Notes: generated from the sequence alone by a model not told the origin. Positions 8,539-19,655 are shown, counted from the stretch's first letter. The stretch: DNA of 64,000 nucleotides from a virus (IMGVR_UViG_3300033144_005525:63402-127401), one strand, 5' to 3'. Translations and numbers: made by a program.

Positions 8539-9384
8539 ATGAGCAAAATGAAGACAACGAAACACGATCGAGACATCTGGCGTGATCTCTTGTCCTCGGA
8601 CGACTTTGCCCCTGAAGGTCACTGGAGGAAGAACACACTGAAGCTCCTCGACGACATCGACACACTACAGACGTTAACCGCGAGGGCCGCACATGTGCTC
8701 GACGGAATATGTGCAGTCGGTTACGACGAGGATGAGCACGGGGAGTACGCCAATATCCGGGATGACTTGTTCACTGCCACCGGCAGAACACCGCCAAAGC
8801 CGACGTGCGATGAAGGCGCTGCAGAGACAGGATTCACGCCCGTCGGCTTGGACAAGCACGGCGAACTCGAGATCAAGATCGACATCGATGGCAAGTCCGC
8901 CAGCATCTTCCTGTCCAGGGGCTTCTGGAAGGCTGTCACTGAAAAGTACTTCCCTCGTACCGATGGACATAGCAAACACCGAGCGCTCTACTTCGGGTGC
9001 ACGACCGGTGGACACTTCCTGCAGAGCGACGGCAGAGAGAGGGACACCCTGGATCCCAAAGAGACCTACCCGGGCTTTCCCTGGGAGATGCGTCATCTGG
9101 ATTCGACCTTGCTCAAGAACGGCGAGATCAAGGACAATCCCGATGGTCGTGTCTACTGGACCTGCGGCGGGAGGCCTGATCTGTGGTTCGCCTTCTTCTG
9201 GTGGGACCGCTCCGGAGACAAACGCCCCGCTTCGAACTCCGGGCTCTACGTCCGAGGCTTCGAGTTTGGGGAGGAGGAAGATGCCTTCATCTACGCCTGC
9301 GCCAAGTGGCCAAAGGTCGTCAAGCGCCAGGCCTTCCCACTACGGCTCGTCAAGAGGGGCCCAGCCCACGGAGTACTGTCGTGA
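8539..9384 (+). CDS. phage hypothetical multidomain protein
   Basis: LYFGC..GGHFL and WWDRSGDKRPASNS motifs. Confidence 0.6.
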   Translation: MSKMKTTKHDRDIWRDLLSSDDFAPEGHWRKNTLKLLDDIDTLQTLTARAAHVLDGICAVGYDEDEHGEYANIRDDLFTATGRTPPKPTCDEGAAETGFTPVGLDKHGELEIKIDIDGKSASIFLSRGFWKAVTEKYFPRTDGHSKHRALYFGCTTGGHFLQSDGRERDTLDPKETYPGFPWEMRHLDSTLLKNGEIKDNPDGRVYWTCGGRPDLWFAFFWWDRSGDKRPASNSGLYVRGFEFGEEEDAFIYACAKWPKVVKRQAFPLRLVKRGPAHGVLS

Positions 9385-9652
9385 TCAAAGCAAGAGCTGG
9401 AGAACTACGCATCCTCGGACTGACCGATGAGAACCTACAACGCCTAAGAGAAGGTCAGCCCATCTTGTTCGATAACGACTGGGAAGGTGAGACTGGAAAA
9501 ACAGCCATCATCTATGGAAAGGACGAACAAGCTCTCACCGATACTCTGGGCACCATGGCAAAGTTCCCTACGGTGAAAGACGAGGAGAAACACTGATGAG
9601 CAGGACACAACACCGAACCAGAGAGGGCTTCCCTCTCCTAAGGAGATACTCA

Positions 9653-9907
9653 ATGAACAAGATTACCGTAACGACACTCGACGACACAGATGCCACGTAC
9701 TGTGTGATGGGAGGGCGCAGGTTTGTTTGCGTGGACATTCACCCAGCAAAGATAGGTCGCGCTGCCGTGATGACGGAAACCGGACATGATTGGTTCCCTA
9801 TCGGGACCGTCACTAACATCGATCCGACGAAGAACACGTTTCGAGTGGCAGTTCCCAAGAGCGATCTGTCTTGGTGGCTCGAGAGCTTCGAAGATTCCGA
9901 TGAGTAG
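9653..9907 (+). CDS. hypothetical protein
   Basis: RBS AAGGAG before ATG 9653. Confidence 0.55.
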   Translation: MNKITVTTLDDTDATYCVMGGRRFVCVDIHPAKIGRAAVMTETGHDWFPIGTVTNIDPTKNTFRVAVPKSDLSWWLESFEDSDE

Positions 9908-10184
9908 GACACGACATCGAACGAGAGACGACAGCAAACGTACCTCCCCTCGCAGCAGGCTCACGATAGGCAAAGGCTCCGGTGAGTACTCCAAGAGCGA
10001 GTTCGACTACCACGACGGCGGAGGCAACCACAACTGGTACCTCTGGCTCCACAGCTACGTCGGCTATGGCAAGCAGAAGAAGCGCCGGCGAGTTAGGAAG
10101 CTGATGAAGAGGTTTGGGCGTCGGCTGTTCCGTCGACGTGGAGATCAGGAGCTTCGGACCCTGGTCGAGGATGCCAATGAGTAG
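9900..10184 (+). CDS. basic hypothetical protein
   Basis: overlaps the upstream stop; Arg/Lys-rich. Confidence 0.5.
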   Translation: MSRTRHRTRDDSKRTSPRSRLTIGKGSGEYSKSEFDYHDGGGNHNWYLWLHSYVGYGKQKKRRRVRKLMKRFGRRLFRRRGDQELRTLVEDANE

Positions 10185-10937
10185 CGATCTGCACGGGTTC
10201 TGGTACCGGCGAATCGAGGTCCGTGGGCACCCCTCTCAGATCGAGCTAGACAAGAAAGAGGATCTGGAGAAGAGGTTCAGCAGATACCTACCCGACAGAC
10301 CTAGTAGATTTGGCCGATCCGTCATCAACCCAGATTCGGTAGCAAAGCTCATACTCTCCGAGAGAGAGGAATAGCTAAGAGATTTTTATTGAGGCTCTGA
10401 GAGCGGCTGTGGGAGACGGGCCTGGGATCGCCTGGGGTCAAGTCTGGTGTGCTAAGGCCGCATCATCGACTAAGCGGGCTCGTCTCCCTTTTCTTCCGTA
10501 GTCCTTCATCGCTTTGATCTGCTCTGGAGTACCTGGGTAGACGATTGTGAAGGGGAGCCTGAAGAGGTTGTGTAGTCGTCCGTGGACACCATCACAGAGA
10601 GTATCGATGCGCCGCTCGTGTCCTCCGTCCCCCAGGACCCACTCCCTGCAGCGCTCGCACCAGACCTTGCACCAGGGGATGACTCGCTGCAATTCTGGGG
10701 ATCTTATCGGCATAAGCCTCTCGATGGAGAACAACGCTTCATCTTCTCTAACCAGGAGGGATCATGGGCATCCTCGCACTTAGAATCGTCGTCGGCTTGG
10801 GAGTAACCATCGGACTGTTCGGAGCTGGATACGGTCTGTACGCACGCGGACACCGAACAGGAATCCGGGAAGCTATGGAGATGCTGGAAGACATCTAGCA
10901 CTCCAAGAGAAGTAGGGCCCTATGCCCGTTCTCTTAG

Positions 10938-11297
10938 CTATTTCCCGAGGGCTTCGTTCAGCAGCTCTTTGTCCACGTGGACACTCTTCTCTTCGTACAA
11001 GCTCGTGGCGTACCAGGCGCTGGTCTTGCCATCGTAGGTAGCTCGGACCATCCCATCCGTGAAGTCCAGGTGGGCGTCTCCAGGACTCCAAGTACGGCGG
11101 TCCGTGATCTCTCGTGTAGCAGCCATCATGGCTCCATGAATCCCCGGGAACTTGCTGTCTAGGTCGAGGGCCATATCGGGGATCTTCGGAGCATCGGGCT
11201 CACACAGCCCCTTCATATAGCTGTAGAACTCGTAGCTATCCGTCGTCGTAGGGATACCGAAGAACATAAAGATCTCGTACGTGTCTTTGTCTGCCAT
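10938..11297 (-). CDS. hypothetical protein
   Basis: ORF; motif shared with 8002-8334. Confidence 0.5.
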   Translation of the reverse strand: MADKDTYEIFMFFGIPTTTDSYEFYSYMKGLCEPDAPKIPDMALDLDSKFPGIHGAMMAATREITDRRTWSPGDAHLDFTDGMVRATYDGKTSAWYATSLYEEKSVHVDKELLNEALGK

Positions 11298-11755
11298 GAG
11301 CCAAACCCTACCACAGCCTCTCTCGTGCCTAGTTACGGTATACCCCAAGAAAAAATAAGAAACGTCGCCCACAGTCTCTCTCACGGACGGGTTCCCTAGG
11401 CCTAACCAAAAATCCAGAAACGTCGCACTACGCACTGTCCCCCTCTTAATCCCAACGGGTCCCCTATTCGATAGCCCTAGGCGTATACGATGCAAGACGA
11501 GCTTCGCTTCAGGAGATAAGTCTTATGAGCAGAGAATCTCTCTTTGTTCAACCTGTAGCGCCCCACCTGTGCACAAGCGTGCATTGGATCCACCTTCCTG
11601 GGACTGGAGTTGGGTGGGGTAAATGCACAGGCCCATCCGACTGCCAGATACTGCCGGTCGGTCTACACAGCCAAGGCTCATGGTGCCGCTCAGCTGTTAG
11701 ACCGCACCATGAGAAGCAGGCAATCGTTGGGGACGAAGGGACAGGGCTGTGTGGT

Positions 11756-11989
11756 CTACTGTCTCTTGCCCTTCGTTTTGCTATCTGGAAGCTCGATGAG
11801 TTGCCCTGCTTTGAGCTCTAGCTGTGCCAGGCGTATTCCGCAGAATGGGCAGTACCTGATCTCTGAGATCTCCAGTGTTGGGCTAACCGCCACATAGCTC
11901 CCATCATCAGGCTTGCCATAGATCCACTTGCCCAGCGCTTCGATAAGTCTGGTGCATGGTGAGCGATCACAGAAGTCCCAGCTCTTCAT
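11756..11989 (-). CDS. small zinc-finger protein
   Basis: IRYCPFCG. Confidence 0.55.
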   Translation of the reverse strand: MKSWDFCDRSPCTRLIEALGKWIYGKPDDGSYVAVSPTLEISEIRYCPFCGIRLAQLELKAGQLIELPDSKTKGKRQ

Positions 11990-12279
11990 CCTCTGCCCAT
12001 CCTAGCATCGCGACCCTTGAGGTATTCCTCCAGCCGGGCATCATCGTAGCCTCGGTCAACCAGCTCCTTGATAGCCATCTGTTCGGGCAAAGCATCGAGC
12101 GTAATCTCCCCTGGGTCGGCAAGCAGAACGTAGCCTTGCTTGTCTAGGAAGAGAGTGACGACTCCGAACTCCAACAACCTGGATATAGCGTTTAGCCCCA
12201 CAGCGGCTGTGGCTTCAGTGGAGACTAGCTGGCTCTTATGTAGCGAAGCTCCATCTTCCTTATTTTTACTATCTGCCAT
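11986..12279 (-). CDS. hypothetical protein
   Basis: ORF with AAGGA RBS; 4-nt overlap with the next gene. Confidence 0.5.
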   Translation of the reverse strand: MADSKNKEDGASLHKSQLVSTEATAAVGLNAISRLLEFGVVTLFLDKQGYVLLADPGEITLDALPEQMAIKELVDRGYDDARLEEYLKGRDARMGRG

Positions 12280-12603
12280 AGCTATAATCCTTAATCGGCT
12301 CTGAGGGAGCCTGTGGGAGGTAGTTAGCTATTTTAGCTATCTCTTATATGTAGCGGACCCTGTGGCCTCGTTGGGTAGCCCCTTCTTGGGGGGTTGAGAC
12401 CACTACCTGTCGCAGTTGACACGACTTACCCTACTCTCTCCCTGCCTATGGTGTCCAGTGAGGGGTCTTTGTATGTAGGTCTACCTATGTCCAGGTATGT
12501 CTTTAACCCTCTAGAAAATACGCGTCGCCCTTCGAGAGAGACCTCTCTTGGGGGTGTGTATTGGGGTCTCTAGCTACTGGTTGAATAGGGGTAAGAGTAG
12601 CCC

Positions 12604-12625
12604 ATTGCTCAACCGCTTTGCGCCG
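12604..12625 (+). repeat. 22-bp direct repeat ATTGCTCAAYCGCTTTGCGCCG (second copy 14345-14366)
   Basis: 21/22 identity between the two copies. Confidence 0.85.
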
Positions 12626-12716
12626 GATCTATCCACGAGAAAGACGAGAGCTGGGGGTGGGATAAGAGGGATGACACGGCAGACACACTTACCTTAGGAG
12701 AACCTTAGGAGATGAG

Positions 12717-14279
12717 ATGGACCAAGAAGAAGAGCTGGTGCTGGGTAGCTTTGCGATCAAGGTCAATAGCGGCGATACCTTGGTGATTCAGCACCATGGC
12801 TCGAAGGGAGACGCAGGGCAGGAGGTGAGTGCCTTACTGTCCAATGTGTCCATGGATTGGCTCAGTAAAGAGCGCCATCCAGAAGACAAGGATCCGTTGG
12901 TTGCCTTCCTCAACACGTCTCGGATAATCGCCATCTTTTGGGAAGAGCCGACTCAGATCAACAGACTATTGGCCACGCGGCCTGTCTTCCTGAGCTCAGA
13001 CCACAATGACTACGCTGGCCTGACATCCAAAGGAAGGACCTATCTCCAGAACGGCCTGGAGCTGTCGAAGAACATACACATAATCGAGGATGGTCCTGGT
13101 GAAGGGCCTCTAAAGATCCACATCCAGGCCTCCGATACTCGCTCTGCTCATAGGAAGCTTGCCAAGACTCGCGATATCGTCGCAAGAGAGGTGGACAAAA
13201 GGGAGGATGAACCACTGGACGGGGTGATGGACGACTTGCTGGATAGCATCCCCTACATCATCCGAATAGAGACCCTGAGGCCATTCCCCGAGGCAGAGGG
13301 TGGTGATGTAAAGCTGTGGGTTCCGGTGTACCAGAGACTCGCCCCCTGGCCAGAGAAGCCCTCAGAAGGCCTCACAGATGAGCAGCTGATCCTCTATCGA
13401 GGGCGCCTAGCTCTAGAGCTATTGGGACCGCCACTTGGAATCAACGAGCTCGAGGACTGGATAGCTCCCAACGTAGGGTTGCATGACCAGCTCCTAGAGA
13501 ACTACGAGGACTTCAACAAGGCTGCGTTAGACAGGTGGATGGCAGCCCGATGGGTGCAGGGAGGGCCGAACGTGATGAAGATCTCCAAGGCTCTGGGAGC
13601 TTCTCTCATCCTCACGGACTTCCCTGAGAGATCTGATCTACCTCAGCAGGATCTCCCTTATCCGTCCGTTCTTCTACGTATTCCCCCAGGGCTTCTTCCG
13701 TACCCACTTAAAGATGGAGGACATGAGTGGGTGACTACTTTGTCTTTAAGCTCGTTCACAGACGAGGGAGAAAGGCTTGTGTCCGTAGCCCTACGTATTC
13801 GAGGAGAGGTGGACGGCAACATGGCGTTGTCTCTGGACAAGCCTGGATCAATGGTAGATCCCAGAACACCGTCCTACTCCAAAAGCGAGTACGCGCTGGG
13901 GCACCAGACCGCCAACCTCATCCACAACTTCCTTGCTTGGCTGGACATGGCGGGAGAAGCGCCTCAAAGAGAGTATCCACCGAAGAAGAGTAGAAGCTCA
14001 GCCAAGAAGCATGGCTGGCCTACGATGTGGCTGATTGGCGGTACCGTAAAGCTCTCTCAATCGATGATGGACGTAGCCAAGGACTACGCTCTCGGAGTCT
14101 CTGGGAAACAGGGAGCAGAGGGGTGGAAGCTCCGCATGCAGCACATTGTTCGAGGGCACTGGAAGCTGCAGTCCCATGGACCTAATCGATCACTCCGCAA
14201 GAGAGTGTGGATTGAGCCCTACATGCGTGGACCAGAAGGCAAGGTCGCTTGGTCTCACATGTACGAAGCCGAAGAATAG
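12717..14279 (+). CDS. phage protein with C-terminal HxVRGHW motif (paralog of 15756-16763)
   Basis: GWKLRMQHIVRGHWKLQ...WIEPYMRGPEG. Confidence 0.7.
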   Translation: MDQEEELVLGSFAIKVNSGDTLVIQHHGSKGDAGQEVSALLSNVSMDWLSKERHPEDKDPLVAFLNTSRIIAIFWEEPTQINRLLATRPVFLSSDHNDYAGLTSKGRTYLQNGLELSKNIHIIEDGPGEGPLKIHIQASDTRSAHRKLAKTRDIVAREVDKREDEPLDGVMDDLLDSIPYIIRIETLRPFPEAEGGDVKLWVPVYQRLAPWPEKPSEGLTDEQLILYRGRLALELLGPPLGINELEDWIAPNVGLHDQLLENYEDFNKAALDRWMAARWVQGGPNVMKISKALGASLILTDFPERSDLPQQDLPYPSVLLRIPPGLLPYPLKDGGHEWVTTLSLSSFTDEGERLVSVALRIRGEVDGNMALSLDKPGSMVDPRTPSYSKSEYALGHQTANLIHNFLAWLDMAGEAPQREYPPKKSRSSAKKHGWPTMWLIGGTVKLSQSMMDVAKDYALGVSGKQGAEGWKLRMQHIVRGHWKLQSHGPNRSLRKRVWIEPYMRGPEGKVAWSHMYEAEE

Positions 14280-14385
14280 AGCTGAAACGTAGGGTCTGAA
14301 AGCTGGGATAAGGGGTTTGGTAGTCGTGGATGACCAGACTATCTATTGCTCAATCGCTTTGCGCCGCAACAACGAGGAGGAAACC

Positions 14386-14752
14386 ATGGACAAAGACCTG
14401 CAAGACACCTGGAACTACATGATGGAGCGCTACGAGCACGTCATAGGACTGCTCAACCACTTCGAGAATCGAGAAGGCTCTGCTGAAGAGCAACATCGCT
14501 GAGGCGGCCCTACGCATCCACACGATCAACGACGAGGTTAGGGACATGTCGGCCGAATTGCAGCCCCTGGTGGAGGCCCACGCTGCCAGTCTGTCCAACC
14601 AGGAGTTGGGCACTGGACACGTAGAGCGCACCCTCAGGATCAGCACCATGACAGGCATGCTCAACTCGATCGTGGCCTTGTCGGAGGTGTACCTCACGGG
14701 ATTAGAGAGAGTAGTGGATACCGCCCAGAACATAGCGACAGCAAAGGCCTAA
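14386..14752 (+). pseudogene. 119-aa helical protein frameshifted by a 7-bp tandem duplication
   Basis: TCGAGAA x2 at 14462-14475; removing one copy joins both ORF halves in frame; strong RBS GAGGAGG. Confidence 0.7.
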
Positions 14753-14763
14753 AGGAGAAGACC

Positions 14764-15054
14764 ATGGAGACCATGAGACTGCTGAAGTTCTGGGGATATC
14801 GAGGAGCCATGACCGTAGGCAACCGAACCATCCTACCTAGGGGCAGTGTCGTTGATATGGAGAATGCGTTGTTCGAGGCCGCTGATCAGAAGACCGACAA
14901 CAAGTGCACCTTCAAGATCAAAGACGCCGACCACAACGTTCGCTACATCACCTTTACTGACTTCGTCTGCATCATCGGAGATGCAGTCGAGGAACGGGAC
15001 TCTGGGTGCCTGACGAACACGTACGACAACGTGCTCGTGCTGCAGCTGATCTGA
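14764..15054 (+). CDS. hypothetical protein
   Basis: RBS AAGGAG. Confidence 0.6.
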   Translation: METMRLLKFWGYRGAMTVGNRTILPRGSVVDMENALFEAADQKTDNKCTFKIKDADHNVRYITFTDFVCIIGDAVEERDSGCLTNTYDNVLVLQLI

Positions 15055-15353
15055 TGCCTGACTACAAGACGCACGATCCCAAGGGTTGGTGCGGAGACCC
15101 CAAGCGTGGAGCTGCTCTTGGTAGACCTACCATCAAGGGAGATTCTAGTTACTCCGGTCCGCTGGCTTTGCGCCGTATACGCCTGGACGACGGTGGGTAT
15201 GACCCCAATGGCACCTACTTCGGACGAGGATCTCCCTTGTATTGGTACGCCTCCGATGGAGGGGATATCGATGGGATGCTGAGAGCTCGATCACGGGGAT
15301 TGGCCAGAGCTCAGGTGCTCGAGCTCTACCCCGGTGCCAAGGTGAGACGATGA
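15054..15353 (+). CDS. phage hypothetical protein
   Basis: LRRIRLDDGGYDPNGTYFG..LYW motif; TGATG coupling. Confidence 0.6.
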   Translation: MPDYKTHDPKGWCGDPKRGAALGRPTIKGDSSYSGPLALRRIRLDDGGYDPNGTYFGRGSPLYWYASDGGDIDGMLRARSRGLARAQVLELYPGAKVRR

Positions 15354-15562
15354 CAGGCAGGTTGGATACAGGCTGGAGGGTTTGCGACTCCTGTGAGGGA
15401 TCAGGTAAAGACCCCTGCAAGAGGAGCCGGAAGTGTCCTGGGTGCAATGGCTCTGGGCGGGTCGAGTACTGCTTGTGCTGTCTCGACACCATGCCTTGTC
15501 GAGGAGACAAACCCGACGTACTCGACCAAAGCTACTGCGCTGATATCGTATTCGGACCCTGA
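15350..15562 (+). CDS. DnaJ-type CxxCxGxG zinc-finger protein
   Basis: CDSCEGSG...CPGCNGSG. Confidence 0.55.
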   Translation: MTGRLDTGWRVCDSCEGSGKDPCKRSRKCPGCNGSGRVEYCLCCLDTMPCRGDKPDVLDQSYCADIVFGP

Positions 15563-15755
15563 TGAGCAGATACCGCCGGCGAGCTCGAGAGCGTAGAAGG
15601 CTCAGGGTCAAGGGGAGGAGGAAGCAGATGAAGAGAGAAGAGCTGGCCTATCGACCTGGCCTGTTCCTGAGGATGCGTTCGTTCTTCAGGTTGATACGGC
15701 TACGTCTACGGGGTTGGTAGGAGATCACATAAGACAAACAAAGAGGGAACCATTG

Positions 15756-16763
15756 ATGGACTTCGACACCAGTCCCAAAGCCAGGCTCAAGCTGATGGCA
15801 GAGCCAGGCCACATATTGAGAAACATCGACCCAGCCGATCCATCTCACCTCAGCTCGTTCTACAAGACTGGTATAGCTGAGCATCCACAGCTCTTCTCCC
15901 AAGATCCAGGGTCAACCAAAGAGGAGTACTCCCACATACTCCACCTTCTGCATCTGGCCTATCGCTGGACTGTAGCCAAACGACCGATCTACGAGCTCAC
16001 CCACAGCTTGGCCGCGGCGCTCATGCTCACCGAGCCGCCCAAGATGGCTGAAGGTGAAGAGATAGAGCTCCCCACACCGGCATTCGTCATCAGAGTGCCT
16101 GAAGGGTTGATTCCGGTGTTTGGTCCCGAAGGGCAAGGATGGGCTGAACTGATCTGGGTCCACTCCTTCAAGGCCCACCACATGAAGCTCAAGACCACCG
16201 AGAGGTTCCTTCGCTGGACCACGGAATGGAACATGGTCTCTGTGTGGAGAGATAGGCGCCCCAACGACCTCTACGTTGGAGACGAGCGTGTGTATGTCCT
16301 GAGACCAGATACTGATGTGCTTCCACAGGAAGATGACGAGATCACCATGTCAGGCTCCCTGCGGCTCTTACGCAACCTCTGCTCCTGGTTGGCTGCCACG
16401 GAGAGGGAGAGCACTGAAAAGCCTGTAGAGAGGCGGAGGAAGCTCAGGAAGAGTGGCAAGAAGGACAAGCTGCGGTTCTCCACCATCAAGCTTGGGCATG
16501 GAGTCCATCTAGGCCCCGAGCTCCGGAGAATGGCCGCCGAGGTGGCCTTGGGTTCCAGCAAGAACGCTCGAGAGGGCTGGCAGCTACGAACCAAGCATGT
16601 CGTACAAGGTCACTGGAAGATGCAGGCCTACGGAGAGGGTCTCAAGCTGCGTAAACGCATCTGGATCACTCCCTACTGGCGTGGTCCTGAAGGAGAGGCA
16701 GCCTGGGCAGAAGTCCTGGATGCCGTTGAAGGGAAAGATCATGAAAGTCAAAGTACTGTTTGA
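15756..16763 (+). CDS. phage protein with C-terminal HxVxGHW motif
   Basis: GWQLRTKHVVQGHWKMQ...WITPYWRGPEG. Confidence 0.7.
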   Translation: MDFDTSPKARLKLMAEPGHILRNIDPADPSHLSSFYKTGIAEHPQLFSQDPGSTKEEYSHILHLLHLAYRWTVAKRPIYELTHSLAAALMLTEPPKMAEGEEIELPTPAFVIRVPEGLIPVFGPEGQGWAELIWVHSFKAHHMKLKTTERFLRWTTEWNMVSVWRDRRPNDLYVGDERVYVLRPDTDVLPQEDDEITMSGSLRLLRNLCSWLAATERESTEKPVERRRKLRKSGKKDKLRFSTIKLGHGVHLGPELRRMAAEVALGSSKNAREGWQLRTKHVVQGHWKMQAYGEGLKLRKRIWITPYWRGPEGEAAWAEVLDAVEGKDHESQSTV

Positions 16764-19655
16764 ACCAACTACAGATGTGATGGATCAGATCCGTAAAGGC
16801 TCTGCTAATTGCAGCGAGAAGAGCCCGGAGTTTCAGAAGGCTTTGACCATCCTCACTCGCCACGTCGCCTTCTGGAAGAACCTGACTATGGAGATCGACA
16901 CCGATAAGGAAACCATGACGGCTTGTCGAGTGGAGCCGAGCGACATCTTCAAGAAAGGAAGCTGATGCGAAAGGATGAGGAGGGCAACGAGTGTCCACAC
17001 ACGCTAGGCGAGTATCGCAAGCTGTGTGTTTCCATCGGAGGTGTGGATTGTCCAGCAGTGGCATGGCTGGACCAACAGATCTCTGAGAACAAGGAGAAAG
17101 GAGAAGACGAGCTGGTCATCGTGTCCGACAGTCAGATGCGCTTCGTGTTGATGCCTCTGCTGTTGCCTCCGCCAAGTACAGGACAGGACAGCGCAGGACG
17201 GCCTCTATCTATAGGCTCCAAGGTGAGATTCAGGGGCCACAACTACACCATCAAGTCCTTCCTCCCCGGACAAGGTACTGGTGGGTGTGCTGGGCTGCTA
17301 TTCGAAGAGAGCGAGATCCACACCAACGAGAAGCCTACCGAGATCTCTGTGGACTTGGTGTCGGAGGAGAGCTGATGGCACTGAAGCAATACATGGTGAC
17401 CCTCGATGGTAAACGCAGCATCGTCTATGCCAGGAATATGGACGACGCCTGTTTCCAGGTCACGGGCAAGTCCATAAACGTGATTGGGGCCGAGGTGAAA
17501 GACTCCGATCTCAGTAGCAAGGATATCGCCCGGATGCTCATGAAGGGAGGGAAGTACTACTCATGATGAGCTTCATAAAGAAACCCCACAGCACTAGACC
17601 AGGTGTGTACGTGATGGAGGTCTTCGACAGCGGAAACAACCTAATCGCCACAATAGTGCCTGGTGGCACAGTTCATGAGATCGAGGATGTCGTTGAATCT
17701 CTGTTCAACTCTGGTCCCGTACCTGAAACAGTCGTGGCGTACGACGAACACATGAGACAGGGAACGACCAAAGCCCTCAATGCTTTGTCCGACCGACATC
17801 TCAACGGGAGCAGGTCCTGTGTGATTTGCAACTTCAACATCACAAAAGAAATGATGGAGTGTCAGGGAGGCTGTCCGGCCAACACCCTGCGCAAGTTCTT
17901 CGAGACCACACTCATCGGGGATTTGGTAGAGATCCCCAACAAAGTCTGAACATGACCAAGAAGAAGGTCAGTTTCGTACAACTCACTAAAGCGAACCACC
18001 TACTAGGCGAGGGCTACTACCAGGTATCTAGGCGACACCGCATCTTGGCGAAGTTCCCAGAAGGTCTCACCGGTACTGAGGCTCTCCTCCAAGATGGACA
18101 ACATCCCTACAATCCCAAGTGGGCTGAAGACATGGGGGAGGGTGCTGCAGGTGATCACTGGCTACGTTGTTACGCTGAGGCTGCTGGCTACTGGCTTCGA
18201 GTAAACAAGGCCATCTTCACCGCCTTTCGCATCCTCGGAGGTGACACCTATGCTTGGACATACGAGTTGAAGCAGAAAGGCACTACCCCTCTAGAGCATA
18301 GGAACGCTGATGTAGCGTCTCTACCAAACCTCCCACAACACGGAGAGAAGTGATGCCTGGACCTGTATCCGATTCCTACGACGTCGAGTTCGGCACCGGA
18401 AACAACGTACACGACGTTCGAGAAGCTATCGATGAGGTGCGAGAGCTGATAACCAACACCCTCGGTGAAGAGCTCAAGTACATCGTGGACGTAGCTCAAA
18501 GCAAAGACGGTGGAAAACCGTATGACCTACAACTGTCGGAGAAGAAACTCCGCATCATCCGGTTCTGTCTAGACAGAGCCCAGGAGTCGATATGAGTGAC
18601 GTCCACAAAGCCGTTAGTCCCTTCTACATCGTGAAGAAGCATCCAGCCGATCGACGAAACAACAAGATGGCTGAGGGAGAAACCGACACCTACAACGAGG
18701 TGGAACGGGCTATCGAACGGGCAAAGAGGAACGCCAGTCAAGATCGAGTCCGCTACGTGGTTATGAAGGCCATCAGGTGTTACGGGCCTGTCGCTGATGT
18801 CGTCGAGATCCCCGTCAGAGAGGATGGGTACCAGGGCTGATGTCGATCGACAATAGAGGTGAAATCGAAGCATCTGGATTCGACAGCTCCAACGTGCCTG
18901 TCAATCTATTCATCGAGAAACTCACCAAGCCGAAACCTCTGCCTGAAAACGCAGAGGAGATGGACATCGAAGAACACAAAGAGAACATGGATATCTGGGA
19001 CGCAGGCTACAGGTGGAAGCTCGCCGCCGACGCCTTCATGCCTCGCAAGGGGCTGTGGGAAGACAACGTTCTACTGGTGTACACCAGCACCAGGAGAGAG
19101 GTTTCTGAGCTACTCGAAGAGCACATCCTCCCCTTCTACCAACTGGCTCACCGCAAGATCATTGAGATGGTTGAAGGCACGACAGACAGTCTCTACTACT
19201 GGGAGGAGTGATGACCGGTGTCCGTCTCTAAGAAGCGTGATTGGGAGAAAGGTAAGTGGGCCTTCGGCATCAAGGTCTTCATGCCTAACGGAACCATGAT
19301 CGAGTCCGACCTGGTGAAAGTCCCTATTGAGAGAGGGGAGAAGGTTTGGAAGGCAATCAAGCAGGTCATAGGACTGACCAAACTAGATGAGGAAGACGAG
19401 GATAGCGGAGTAGACGAAGGACTCTGCTACGCCTGCGACAAGATGCAGAGACACATCAACGATGGAGGCTCTGCATGGGTGGCGTACAGAGACGTGATTG
19501 ATGCCAGAACTGAGGAGTCGGTAAGCATCACCACCTTCTACTGCAACACACCAGAGTGCAGTGAGGACATCTTGCACTGCTGTGACTTAGACATAGTGAT
19601 GGGATCCACATGTCCAAGCTGTGGAAGAAAGATGCGTCAACAACCACCGCCATAG
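16741..19655 (+). other. run of about nine small coupled hypothetical genes (16741, 16965, 17375, 17563, 17952, 18350, 18592, 18840, 19218)
   Basis: overlapping stop/start junctions typical of phage early operons. Confidence 0.6.
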
